A stretch of DNA of 64,000 nt from Vicinamibacterales bacterium (lineage in GTDB: Bacteria > Acidobacteriota > Vicinamibacteria > Vicinamibacterales > 2-12-FULL-66-21). The position numbers were made by a program, and so were the translations under genes. Positions 18,326-27,621 of this stretch are shown piece after piece; position 1 is the stretch's first letter; the number at the start of each line of letters is the position of its first letter. The DNA is taken from positions 10,587 to 74,586 of the forward strand of contig JBBQEJ010000003.1 in assembly GCA_038320555.1 (NCBI GenBank). The letters run 5' to 3'. The notes beneath the pieces are model-generated. The model made no database searches. It saw only the letters and a program-made list of their open reading frames with translations, and was not told the DNA's origin.

Positions 18326-19639
18326 ATGCGAGGTTCCCTCGGTATCGCCCTGGCCGGCGCGTTTCTCGCACTATCTGCGGTGTACGGCCAGGCCCCCCCG
18401 GCCGTCTACACCGCCGAGATTGACGGAATCATTCACCCGGTCGCCGCCGCATACGTGCGTGAAGTGATTGCAAAGGCAGATGCCGCCGGCGCGGCCTTGG
18501 TCGTGCTCACGCTTCGCACGCCCGGTGGCCTGGTGGACTCCACCCGCGACATCAACAACGCGATCATCCACGCGAAGACGCCGGTGGCCGTATGGGTCGG
18601 CCCGTCGGGCAACCGCGCCGCGTCGGCGGGGTTCCTGATCACGATGGCTGCCGACATCGCGGCGATGGCGCCGGGCACGCATATCGGCGCCGCGCATCCT
18701 GTCGCCGGCAACGGCGAAAAGATCGACGACACGATGGCGAAGAAAATGGCGTCCGACGTCGCGGCGTACGCGCGTACCCTGGCGACCGAGCGGAAGCGAA
18801 ACGTCTCGCTCGTCGAGCAGGCCGTGCTCGAGAGCCGCTCCTTTACCGAGCGGGAGGCGTTGGCCGCGGCTCCGCCGCTCATAGACCTTGTCGCCAACGA
18901 CGTCCCGGACCTCGTGCGCAAACTTGACGGACGGACGATCACTCGCTTCGACGGCGCCACGCAGACGCTCCATACCGCCTCGGCGACGACCACGAACGTC
19001 GCGATGACGTGGCAGCAACGGGTGCTGAGCGCGATCGCGCATCCGCAGATCGCGTACCTCCTGCTGACGCTGGGGACGCTTGGGCTGACAATCGAGCTGT
19101 GGAGTCCCGGCGCAGTCATGCCGGGCGTGGCGGGCGGCATCTGCCTGCTGCTGGCATTTTTCGCGTTCCAGGTCCTGCCCGTGAACTATGCCGGGATTCT
19201 GTTGATCCTGTTCGGCCTTGCATTGCTGGTGCTCGAGGTGAAGGTCGCGAGCTTCGGCTTGCTCGCCGTCGGCGGGATCATCTCGCTCTTCCTGGGCTCG
19301 TTGATGCTCATTGACTCGCCCTTGCCCGAATTGCAGATCGGTCTCCGCTTCATCGTGCCGGTCACGCTGGGTATTTCAGGGATTCTGCTGTTTCTTGTCA
19401 CGCTGGCGGTTAACGCGCAGCGTGCGCGCCCGGTCACGGGAGCATCCGCCATGCTCGACGAGATTGCCCATGCCCTTACCCCGATCGAGCCCGGTGCCAC
19501 GGGCAGCGTTCGCACGCACGGTGAGATCTGGACCGCGACAGCCGACGAGCCCATCGAAGCAGGCAGCCCCGTCCGCGTCACCGCGGTCAATGGATTGCTT
19601 CTGCGCGTTACGCCCGCCTCGAAGCGAATCGAAACCTGA
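18326..19639 (+). CDS. nfeD: NfeD family membrane-bound serine protease (long form)
   Basis: AGGAGG RBS; TPGGL, AASAG, GAAHPV, TM helices and C-terminal OB fold (GEIWTA); upstream of stomatin. Confidence 0.92.
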   Translation: MRGSLGIALAGAFLALSAVYGQAPPAVYTAEIDGIIHPVAAAYVREVIAKADAAGAALVVLTLRTPGGLVDSTRDINNAIIHAKTPVAVWVGPSGNRAASAGFLITMAADIAAMAPGTHIGAAHPVAGNGEKIDDTMAKKMASDVAAYARTLATERKRNVSLVEQAVLESRSFTEREALAAAPPLIDLVANDVPDLVRKLDGRTITRFDGATQTLHTASATTTNVAMTWQQRVLSAIAHPQIAYLLLTLGTLGLTIELWSPGAVMPGVAGGICLLLAFFAFQVLPVNYAGILLILFGLALLVLEVKVASFGLLAVGGIISLFLGSLMLIDSPLPELQIGLRFIVPVTLGISGILLFLVTLAVNAQRARPVTGASAMLDEIAHALTPIEPGATGSVRTHGEIWTATADEPIEAGSPVRVTAVNGLLLRVTPASKRIET

Positions 19640-19699
19640 CGACGCGCGCCGCCGATCGCTCGCCGCAGTGGAGTTGGACGGAGGCGACGGAGACGAATT

Positions 19700-19771
19700 C
19701 ACCACAGAGGTAGCAGAGAAAACAGAGAAATTCCGCTTTTATTCTCTGCTAGCTCCGCGGACTCTGTGGTG
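19700..19771. repeat. Nonamer (nnCAGAGnn) tandem/inverted array
   Basis: CACCACAGAG/CTCTGTGGTG and TAGCAGAGAA/TTCTCTGCTA inverted pairs. Confidence 0.8.
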
Positions 19772-19862
19772 GGATCCGCCGTTGACTCTGTTCTCAGTCG
19801 CGAGCCGCGAAGCGAGAGTCGGGAATCGTCAGTAACGTGTATGATGCCGCCGGAGGCATGCC

Positions 19863-20612
19863 GTGTCGATACCGATATTGATTGTCGCCGTTATCGTCGT
19901 CTTCTGGTTGCTCAACTCGATCAAGATCCTCAACGAATATGAACGTGCCGTGATCTTCCGGCTGGGAAAGCTCCTGGGGGCCCCCAAAGGGCCGGGGGTG
20001 ATCCTCGTGTTCTGGCCGATTGACCGGATGGTGCGCGTCAGCCTTCGGACGATCGTCATGGACGTGCCGCCTCAGGATGTGATCACGCGCGACAACGTGT
20101 CGGTGAAGGTCAACGCCGTCGTCTATTTCCGTGTGATGGATCCGCGGCGCGCGATTGTCGAGGTGGAAAGCTACCACTACGCGACATCGCAGCTCGCCCA
20201 GACGACGCTGCGAAGCGTGCTCGGACAGGTCGAGCTCGACGACCTGCTGTCGGAGCGCGAACGGCTGAACCAGCAGCTCCAGCAGATCCTCGATCAACAC
20301 ACCGACCCGTGGGGGATCAAGGTCTCCTCGGTCGAAGTGAAACACGTCGACCTCCCCCCGGACATGCAGCGCGCGATGGCCAAGCAGGCGGAAGCCGAGC
20401 GCGAGAAGCGTGCTAAGATCATTCACGCGGCGGGAGAGTTGGAGGCATCCGAAAAGCTCGCGTCAGCGGCAACGGTCATGTCGGTCGAGCCCATGACGAT
20501 TACGTTGCGGTATCTGCAGACGTTGACCGAGATTGCCTCGGAAAAGAACTCCACGATTATCTTTCCGCTGCCCATTGAGTTGATGAATCTCATCACACGG
20601 CCCAAGGCGTAA
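19863..20612 (+). CDS. SPFH/stomatin (slipin) family protein
   Basis: [42 protein letters not shown]; GGAGG RBS before GTG. Confidence 0.94.
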   Translation: MSIPILIVAVIVVFWLLNSIKILNEYERAVIFRLGKLLGAPKGPGVILVFWPIDRMVRVSLRTIVMDVPPQDVITRDNVSVKVNAVVYFRVMDPRRAIVEVESYHYATSQLAQTTLRSVLGQVELDDLLSERERLNQQLQQILDQHTDPWGIKVSSVEVKHVDLPPDMQRAMAKQAEAEREKRAKIIHAAGELEASEKLASAATVMSVEPMTITLRYLQTLTEIASEKNSTIIFPLPIELMNLITRPKA

Positions 20613-20614
20613 GC

Positions 20615-21304
20615 GTGTCCGAGCTCTCACACGATACGGCGGACGACGGGTTTCACGAAATCCAGTTGAGCGGGAAGCAGCTTGTCTTCCTGTTCATCGT
20701 GACGACCACCGTCATCGTCGTCGTCTTTCTCTGTGGAGTGAAGGTCGGCCGCGGCGCGCGCGCGGCGCAGGGGGATGAGCCTGGGCCTGCGCCGGTCGCG
20801 ACGGCGACACCCAATCCCCAACCGGTCCCGGACGCCGGGCCGCCGGCAGCCGAGCCGCCTGCTCCCGCCTCGGAGACGCCCGACGAGCTCAGCTATCATG
20901 GACGTCTGAAGGACGCGGCCGCCCCGGAGGATACCCTCAAGAAGCCAAAGGCTGAAGCGCCGCCGCAACCGAAACAAGAGCCGGCTTCGAAGCCGACATC
21001 GACATCGACAGCGTCCGCTCCGCGGCCGGCCCCGTCTGCTCCATCGGCCGGCGTCCCGGTCACCGGCCGCCCGGGCACATGGGCCGTCCAGGTGATTGCC
21101 ACGCGCGATCGCGACATGGCGACCTCCATCGTCAAACGGCTCGTTGGCAAAGGGTACCCGGCGTTTCTCGTCGCCCCGCCCGGAGGCGCCGGCCCGGCGT
21201 ACTTCAAGGTACACGTCGGCCGGTACAGCGATCGCGGTGAGGCCGAACAGGTGTCGTCCCGCATCAAGAAGGAAGAACAGTTCCAGTCCTGGATTACGCG
21301 CTAG
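20615..21304 (+). CDS. SPOR-domain membrane protein (FtsN/DedD-like)
   Basis: N-terminal TM, Pro-rich linker, WAVQV..FKVHVGRY SPOR domain. Confidence 0.88.
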   Translation: MSELSHDTADDGFHEIQLSGKQLVFLFIVTTTVIVVVFLCGVKVGRGARAAQGDEPGPAPVATATPNPQPVPDAGPPAAEPPAPASETPDELSYHGRLKDAAAPEDTLKKPKAEAPPQPKQEPASKPTSTSTASAPRPAPSAPSAGVPVTGRPGTWAVQVIATRDRDMATSIVKRLVGKGYPAFLVAPPGGAGPAYFKVHVGRYSDRGEAEQVSSRIKKEEQFQSWITR

Positions 21305-22824
21305 CTTTCCTCTCGGGCGCGCTGCTCGCACTCAGCTTCCCGAAATTCGGCAATCCAGCATGCGCCTGGCTCGCATTGACGCCGCTGATCGTGGCCGTGG
21401 TCCGCGCGCCGCAGGCTCGCAGCCGGCGTGCGTTCTCCCTTGGCTTGCTTGCCGGCGCGGTGTATTTCGCCGGTACGCTCTACTGGCTGGTCGAGACGAT
21501 GACCACGTTTGGCGGGTTGTCGATGGCGCTCGCGGTTCTTGCCGCGGCATTGCTCGTCGCCTACCTTGCGCTCTTTCCGGCGGCGTTCGCGCTCATCCTT
21601 TCGCGGCTTCATAGCGCATTCGGGACCCGCGCGCTTCTTCTCGCGCCGGCGGTCTGGGTCACGACCGAGCTCGGGCGGCAGTATGTGTGGGACGGTTTTC
21701 CGTGGGCGCTGCTGGGGTATAGCCAGGTCACCGTGCTCCCGGTCGCACAGGCCGCTTCGCTCTTTGGCGTCTACGGCCTCTCGGCGTTGCTGGGCCTCAC
21801 GGCCAGCGGCGCGGCGTTCGTCATCATCGATCGGGGCCGCGCGCGCTGGCTCGTCGCCGGATCGATCGCGGGCTTGCTGGCGATTACGACGCTCTGGGGG
21901 CAGGCGCGTTTGAGATCCTCGGATCTGCTGACACACGGCGAGCCGGTTCGGGTTGCCGTCATTCAAGGCAACGTGGCGCAGGAGGAGAAATGGAATCCGG
22001 CGAACCGTCAGGCGATTACCGACCGCTACATCACGATGACGCGGCAGGCGCTCGCGCAGGGGGCCACTTTCATCATGTGGCCCGAATCTGCCACGCCGCT
22101 TCCGTTCGAGCAGGACATCCCCGGCGGCTCCGCAATCCGGCGCATCGCGATCGAATCACACGCCACCCTGCTCGTCGGCAGCGATCAGGTCGAGCCGATC
22201 AAGACCGCGACGCCGTCCGACAAGGAGCAGTCGCGCTACTACAACGCGGCATATCTCGTCCGGCCTGACGGCAGCGTCGGGGCCGTGTATCGCAAGATGC
22301 ACCTCGTGCCCTTCGGGGAATACGTTCCGCTGCAGTCAGTGTTGTTCTTTGCGGGGCCCATCATCGGTGCCCTGGCCGACTTTTCCTCGTTCACACCAGG
22401 CGACGTGCCGGTACTGCTGCCGATCGGCCGTCATCCGATCAGCACGGCCATCTGCTACGAGGTCATTTATTCGAACCTGATCCGTCAATTCGTCCGCGAC
22501 GGCAGCGAGCTGTTGACGACGATCACGAACGATGCCTGGTACGGGCGGTCGTCGGCCGCGTACCAGCATTGGGACCAGGCGTCGATGCGCGCCATCGAGG
22601 AAGGGCGATACCTCGCCCGCGCCGCCAATACCGGCATCAGCGGCTTCGTCGATCCGTACGGCCGTATCATCACCAGGACCGCCCTGTTCGAACCGGCGGT
22701 CGTCGTCCGGGACATCCGGTTCCTGACGGATCGGACGATCTATAACCGGATCGGCGATTTGGTGGCCTGGCTGTCGGTGGCGTTGACAGCCGCCGCGCTT
22801 CTCGGGGCTGCGCGAGTCAGATAA
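21289..22824 (+). CDS. lnt: Apolipoprotein N-acyltransferase
   Basis: GFPW, IQGNV, WPESA, KMHLVPFGEY, ICYE, TNDAW, RAANTGIS; the conserved N-terminus (SGALLALSFP) lies upstream of TTG 21376, so the start is uncertain (CTG 21289 proposed). Confidence 0.92.
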   Translation: MDYALAFLSGALLALSFPKFGNPACAWLALTPLIVAVVRAPQARSRRAFSLGLLAGAVYFAGTLYWLVETMTTFGGLSMALAVLAAALLVAYLALFPAAFALILSRLHSAFGTRALLLAPAVWVTTELGRQYVWDGFPWALLGYSQVTVLPVAQAASLFGVYGLSALLGLTASGAAFVIIDRGRARWLVAGSIAGLLAITTLWGQARLRSSDLLTHGEPVRVAVIQGNVAQEEKWNPANRQAITDRYITMTRQALAQGATFIMWPESATPLPFEQDIPGGSAIRRIAIESHATLLVGSDQVEPIKTATPSDKEQSRYYNAAYLVRPDGSVGAVYRKMHLVPFGEYVPLQSVLFFAGPIIGALADFSSFTPGDVPVLLPIGRHPISTAICYEVIYSNLIRQFVRDGSELLTTITNDAWYGRSSAAYQHWDQASMRAIEEGRYLARAANTGISGFVDPYGRIITRTALFEPAVVVRDIRFLTDRTIYNRIGDLVAWLSVALTAAALLGAARVR

Positions 22825-23027
22825 ACTGTGGAGTTGACGAAGGGAACGGATTCACAACGAAGAAACGAAGTAAACGGAGACGAACGAAGGAGAACACAGC
22901 CGTCAGGCGCCTCCCGCCGCCTGGGTCTACGTTTCCACGGCGGGAGCGCCTGGCGGCTGTTTCCTCGTTCGCCTTCGTTAGCTCCGTTCCTTCGTTTTGA
23001 ACCCGTATTCTTCGCCATCTCTGTTAG
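22823..23027. repeat. Long imperfect inverted repeat with nonamer (AACGAAGnn) units upstream of prfB
   Basis: aacgaagaa acgaagtaa acggagacg aacgaagg..acagccgtcaggcgcctcccgccg / cggcgggagcgcctggcggctgt..ccttcgttagctccgttccttcgtt. Confidence 0.85.
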
Positions 23028-23038
23028 CAGTCAGATTT

Positions 23039-24173
23039 ATGGCTATACAACTCGACGAACAGCTTCGCAGGTATCAGGACCTTGCGCGCCGCGCATCCGA
23101 TCTGCGGAGCTATCTTTGACGCCGCACATCCCGCGGAAGAGCTTTCGACCATAGAACAGCGCGTTTCGCAACCCGACTTCTGGAAGGACCAGGCGGGGGC
23201 GCAGAAACTGCTCCAGCGCCGGCGCCGGCTCGAGGAGGACCGCGATCTCGCCGAATCGCTGCGGGCGCGGGCGGAGGATCTGGCCGTGCTCGTCGAATGG
23301 GCCGAAAGCGGTGAGCCCGTTCTCGAGGATCTCGCGCGGGGGCTCGACGATCTGTCGACCGTCGTGGATGCGGGCGAGACCAAGAAGATGCTCGGCGGCG
23401 AGCACGATCGAAAGAACGCGATCGTGACCATCCATCCCGGCGCGGGCGGCACCGAGTCGCAGGACTGGGCGGAGATGCTGCTCCGGATGTATCTGCGGTG
23501 GTCGGAGCGGCGCGGCTTCAAGCGCGATGTGATCGACCTGCAGCCCGGCGACGAGGCAGGCATCAAGAGCGCGACGATGACGATCGTCGGCGAGTACGCG
23601 TACGGAATGATGCTGGCGGAAGCCGGCGTGCACCGGCTCGTGCGAATCTCGCCGTACGATCAGGCGTCGCGGCGTCACACGTCCTTCGCGTCGGTGTTCG
23701 TCTGGCCCGAACTGCCCGAGGACGTCGACGTCGAGATCGATGAAAAGGATCTCCGCATCGATACCTACCGATCGAGCGGCGCCGGCGGCCAGCACGTCAA
23801 CGTGACGGACTCGGCGGTGCGCATCACGCACCTCCCCACGAACATCGTCGTGTCGTCCCAGAACGAGCGATCCCAGCACCGCAATCGTGATTCCGCGATG
23901 AAGGTCCTGAAATCGCGCCTCTTCGATCTGAAGCTGAAGGAGCAGCAGGCGAAGCTGGATCAGCTCGGCGGGGAAAAGAAGGACATCGCCTTCGGCCACC
24001 AGATCCGCAGTTACGTACTTCACCCGTATCAGCTGATCAAGGACCACCGCACGAAGGAAGAAGTCGGGGACGTGAACCGCGTGCTGGACGGCGACATCGA
24101 CGGCTTCATCAAGAGCTATTTGATGAAGAAGGCCTCAGGGACGCTCGGGCAGGCCGCGCCTGAGGAAGATTGA
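23039..24173 (+). CDS. prfB: Peptide chain release factor 2, with programmed +1 frameshift
   Basis: ATG 23039 reads MAIQLDEQLRRYQDLARRASDLRSYL, then CTT TGA C at 23114-23120; the +1 frame has GAGGTESQDWA, GGQHVN, QIRSY. Confidence 0.96.
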
Positions 24174-24446
24174 GCGTCGCGGGTGATTACTGTCTTTGCG
24201 TGAGCGGTGAATGCGACCCAGCGTCACCGTGGTGAACGGGTTCGCAAACTCCCCTCGAGAGGTGACATCCGTTGCCGCGCAGAGGCGGGCGCGCCGCCAG
24301 CCCCGCGCATCTCGTTCTTGCTCCCGCGGACGTGGGGTCCCCGACGCGCACGCTTGCGCGTTGGGGTAGCGTTGCGCCCACTGCCCAGCTCGAAGCTGAT
24401 CGCGAGCACGTCGAAGGGTCAGCAATCGCCAATCAACAATTCACGT

Positions 24447-26702
24447 TCACCGAATCGACCCGGGCTGGGTGCCGGCGATGAACGCTTCGGAGATGGCGCC
24501 CGCCGTGCCCTCAACCTCGGGATTGCCCGACGTCTTGTCCACTGTCACAAAGACGATGTTGCCCGGAGGGGGGAACATGGGCAGGTCCTTGCGGTCGCCA
24601 ATCCACGCCTTCATGATGTCCATCCAGATTGGCAGCGCCGCCTCGGCGCCTGTTTGATTCGACCCGATTGGCTTTTTCTGATCGAGGCCGACCCACACGC
24701 CGATCGTGATGTCCGGATCGAACCCGATGAACCACGCGTCCGTGTAGTCGTCGGTGGTTCCGGTCTTGCCCCCGAGCGGCCAGTTGAGGGACGCGGCTTT
24801 GGCCGCGGTTCCCCGTTGCACGACGCCGCGCAGGAGGTTGGTCATGACGAAGGCGGTGTCGGCCCGGATCGCCTCCTTGGGCTCGGGCCGATTCTCTTCG
24901 AGCACGTTTCCGTCGCGATCCGACACCTTGAGAATCGGATACGGACGCATGCGCACGCCCTGGTTCGGGAACACGGAATATGCGCTCGTCATTTCCGTGA
25001 GCGTGGCCTCGGCCGCGCCGAGCGCGATGGCCAGGTACGGAGGCAGCGGCGAGGCGAGGCCTAGCTTGCGGGCGTACTGAATCACGTGTGCCGGACCCAA
25101 CTGTTCCATCACGCGCACCGCCGGCACGTTCCGCGACTCTTCGAGCGCGTGGCGCAGCGTGATCGGCCCTTCGAACTTCCGGTCGTAGTTCATCGGTGTG
25201 TAGACTGGCGATCCTGGTCCGCCCGGAAAACTCGACGGGGTATCAATGATGATCGTCGTCGGCGTGTAGCCCCGATCGATGGCCGCCGTGTACACGATTG
25301 GCTTGAAGGCGGACCCGACTTGGCGGTACGCCTGCGTCGCGCGGTTGAACTTGCTGCGCTCGAAGCTGTAGCCGCCGATCATCGCGCGAATCTGGCCGCT
25401 CCGGTTGTCGATCGCGAGCACCGCCCCCTCGACGAGCGGCGGTTGCTCGAGCGAAGCCGTCGCCGTATGCGCCGCGTCGTCGACGGTCAACAACCGGGTT
25501 TCGACGAGATCTCCGGGCGTGACGAGCTGCGTGCCGGCGGTCTTGCGGGTCCACGCGAATCCTTTGCGATCGATCGTGACGCGGAGCGAACCCGCGCGCA
25601 GCTGGATCGTCGCGCCGTCGGCGCTGGTGACGATCGCGGGGACGAGATCGTTGGCGGCCATCGGGCGTTCCCATCGCGCATGCCGGAATGTCTCGAGGGT
25701 CTGTCCGTCGGCTACCACGTTCCGGCGAGGCTTGCGGAACCCCCGGCGTTTGTCGATCCGGCGCAGCCCGTCGTCGAGCGCGCGATTCGCGGCTTCCTGA
25801 AGGTGGACGTCGAGGCCGGTCTGCACCGAGAGGCCGTTTTCGTAGAGGCGCTTGGCGCCGTAACGCGCTTCCAGCACCTTCCGCACTTCTTCGAGGAAAT
25901 ACGGTGCGACAGACGGCTGGCCGGACGGCTCGCCTCGCAGCACGATCGGCTTCTTCCTGGCTTCTTCCGCGGCGGCGGGCGTGATGAACCCGACTTCAGC
26001 CATGCGGCCGAGCGTGTAGTTCCGGCGCCGAAGCGCGGCGTCCATGTTCACGTACGGACTCTGCCGCACGTTGCCCTGGAGAATGCCGGCGATGAGCGCG
26101 GCCTCTTCGACGGTGAGATCTTTTGCAGACTTTCCGAAATACAGCCGCGACGCGGCCTCGACGCCGTAGACGCCGTGGCCGAAGTACATCTGATTGCAGT
26201 AGAGGGTGAAAATCTCGTGCTTGGTGTAGCGCTTCTCGATACGGATCGCGAGGAGCGCCTCCTTGATCTTGCGTTCCCAGGTCTTCTCATCGGTCAGAAA
26301 CAACTTGCGCGCGAGCTGTTGTGTCAGCGTGCTGGCGCCGGCCGCTTTCCGCCGCTCTATGATGTCTTTCATGAGCGTGGCCACGATCCGCGGAATGCTG
26401 AGGCCGATGTGCTGCTCGAACTGGTCGTCCTCCGCGGCCATGATCGCCTGCCGCAGATTCGGCGAGATCGCCTCGTACGGGATGACCTCGCGCCGCTGGA
26501 TTGCGAACTCGCCGACCACTTCACCGCGGGATCCGTACACTCGCGTGATCGTGCTCGGCGCGTAGTCATCCAGCGCCGAGATCTGGGGGAGATCGCCGGC
26601 GTACGCGAAGATGACGCCCGTCGTGATTCCGAGGAGCGCGGCGATGAGGAAGAGCGCAATGAAGCCGGCGTTGCGCGCGAGCTTGACTACGTATGTGGCC
26701 AT
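24447..26702 (-). CDS. Penicillin-binding protein 1A (bifunctional transglycosylase/transpeptidase)
   Basis: AEDDQF, GASTLTQQL, RKIKE, SAFK, SRN, KTG; start ATG 26702 (MATYVV) precedes the TM anchor. Confidence 0.94.
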   Translation of the reverse strand: MATYVVKLARNAGFIALFLIAALLGITTGVIFAYAGDLPQISALDDYAPSTITRVYGSRGEVVGEFAIQRREVIPYEAISPNLRQAIMAAEDDQFEQHIGLSIPRIVATLMKDIIERRKAAGASTLTQQLARKLFLTDEKTWERKIKEALLAIRIEKRYTKHEIFTLYCNQMYFGHGVYGVEAASRLYFGKSAKDLTVEEAALIAGILQGNVRQSPYVNMDAALRRRNYTLGRMAEVGFITPAAAEEARKKPIVLRGEPSGQPSVAPYFLEEVRKVLEARYGAKRLYENGLSVQTGLDVHLQEAANRALDDGLRRIDKRRGFRKPRRNVVADGQTLETFRHARWERPMAANDLVPAIVTSADGATIQLRAGSLRVTIDRKGFAWTRKTAGTQLVTPGDLVETRLLTVDDAAHTATASLEQPPLVEGAVLAIDNRSGQIRAMIGGYSFERSKFNRATQAYRQVGSAFKPIVYTAAIDRGYTPTTIIIDTPSSFPGGPGSPVYTPMNYDRKFEGPITLRHALEESRNVPAVRVMEQLGPAHVIQYARKLGLASPLPPYLAIALGAAEATLTEMTSAYSVFPNQGVRMRPYPILKVSDRDGNVLEENRPEPKEAIRADTAFVMTNLLRGVVQRGTAAKAASLNWPLGGKTGTTDDYTDAWFIGFDPDITIGVWVGLDQKKPIGSNQTGAEAALPIWMDIMKAWIGDRKDLPMFPPPGNIVFVTVDKTSGNPEVEGTAGAISEAFIAGTQPGSIR

Positions 26703-26730
26703 GATGGGTGCTGACTGCTTTCGATCGATC

Positions 26731-27219
26731 TTAACCCCGGCGGCTCTTGAGGGCCTTGAGAAATTCCGCTGGTGTTTCCACGCGGATGCCGTACCGGAGC
26801 GTCGCGAGGAAGTGACGCCGGTTATCTGTAACGATGACGCCGGCCCCGGCGGCGCGCGCCACCTCGGCAATGTGCGCGTCGTAGATCCGTCCCCCGGCCG
26901 TGTTGTCCTGGGCTGCCGCGTGCAGCAGATGCACGCGATCGGCCGCCGGCAGATCGTAGACAGCCATCCGCCCGAACACCTCGTCCTGGAGAAGTCGAGC
27001 GGCGTCCACGGGCGTCAGTCTGAATTCGGAAGGGAGCCTGGTTGCGACCGAGAAGAACTCGAGGCAACAGTGCCACGCAGTGGCAGGTGACTGGATGGTC
27101 TTCTCTGCCACGGCGTGCAGAACGGACTGAGCGGGCGCGCTCTGCGGGCCGAAATCCAGCATGCCCGCCAGGAGCACGCTCGTATCGAGGAAGCTTGTCG
27201 CGATGCCTGTTACGGCCAT
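26731..27219 (-). CDS. PIN-domain toxin (VapC-like)
   Basis: FLDTSVL, EFFSVATR, IYDAHIA, VTDNRRHF; overlaps the antitoxin stop. Confidence 0.88.
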   Translation of the reverse strand: MAVTGIATSFLDTSVLLAGMLDFGPQSAPAQSVLHAVAEKTIQSPATAWHCCLEFFSVATRLPSEFRLTPVDAARLLQDEVFGRMAVYDLPAADRVHLLHAAAQDNTAGGRIYDAHIAEVARAAGAGVIVTDNRRHFLATLRYGIRVETPAEFLKALKSRRG

Positions 27220-27464
27220 CGGTTGCGCTCTTCTTCGATGAGCGCGGCGATGTCGATTCCGGGGCGCACGTCGGCGGCAACCGTGGGCCGCGCGACGGTA
27301 CGACGGCCAACTTTGACGAGCCGGGGACCCGGGGCGACGCGTTCGAGCCGGATGCCGAACTCGTCGACGGTGATCTCGAGCTCGGTACCAGGCGTCAGGC
27401 CGGCGCGGTCCCTGATGCCCGCCGGGATGACCACTCGACCTGCCTTGTCGATGGTGGTTTTCAT
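27210..27464 (-). CDS. AbrB/MazE/SpoVT-family antitoxin
   Basis: MKTTIDKAGRVVIPAGIRDRAGLTPGTEL. Confidence 0.9.
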   Translation of the reverse strand: MKTTIDKAGRVVIPAGIRDRAGLTPGTELEITVDEFGIRLERVAPGPRLVKVGRRTVARPTVAADVRPGIDIAALIEEERNRWP

Positions 27465-27483
27465 GGTATCAGAATACCATGAA
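27460..27483. promoter_or_regulatory. Putative TA autoregulatory operator overlapping the -10 element and start codon
   Basis: Perfect inverted repeat TTCATGGTAT-CAGA-ATACCATGAA. Confidence 0.65.
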
Positions 27484-27518
27484 CCACATTCATGGCTTGT
27501 CCTTCCAAGTGGCTTGTC

Positions 27519-27582
27519 CTTCCGCCTGAAGGCGGAAGCCACGTGTTTTCTCACATTTGTGGCTTCCGCCTTCAGGCGGAAG
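27519..27582. repeat. Inverted pair of REP palindromes (same family as 10435)
   Basis: cttccgcctgaaggcggaagccac ... gtggcttccgccttcaggcggaag. Confidence 0.92.
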
Positions 27583-27621
27583 GGTCACCAAGGCGACGGA
27601 TACGCTCACGCGGAGAACCGG

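Noticed and set aside
22828-23154. 108-aa ORF upstream of prfB
   Set aside because: Translation of the inverted-repeat element; it overlaps the true prfB 5' segment.
24174-24446. tRNA, 6S, tmRNA or SRP RNA in the larger intergenic gaps (also 40066-40267, 51874-52159)
   Set aside because: No cloverleaf/T-loop or other recognisable conserved motif by eye; an Infernal/Rfam scan is needed to exclude them fully.
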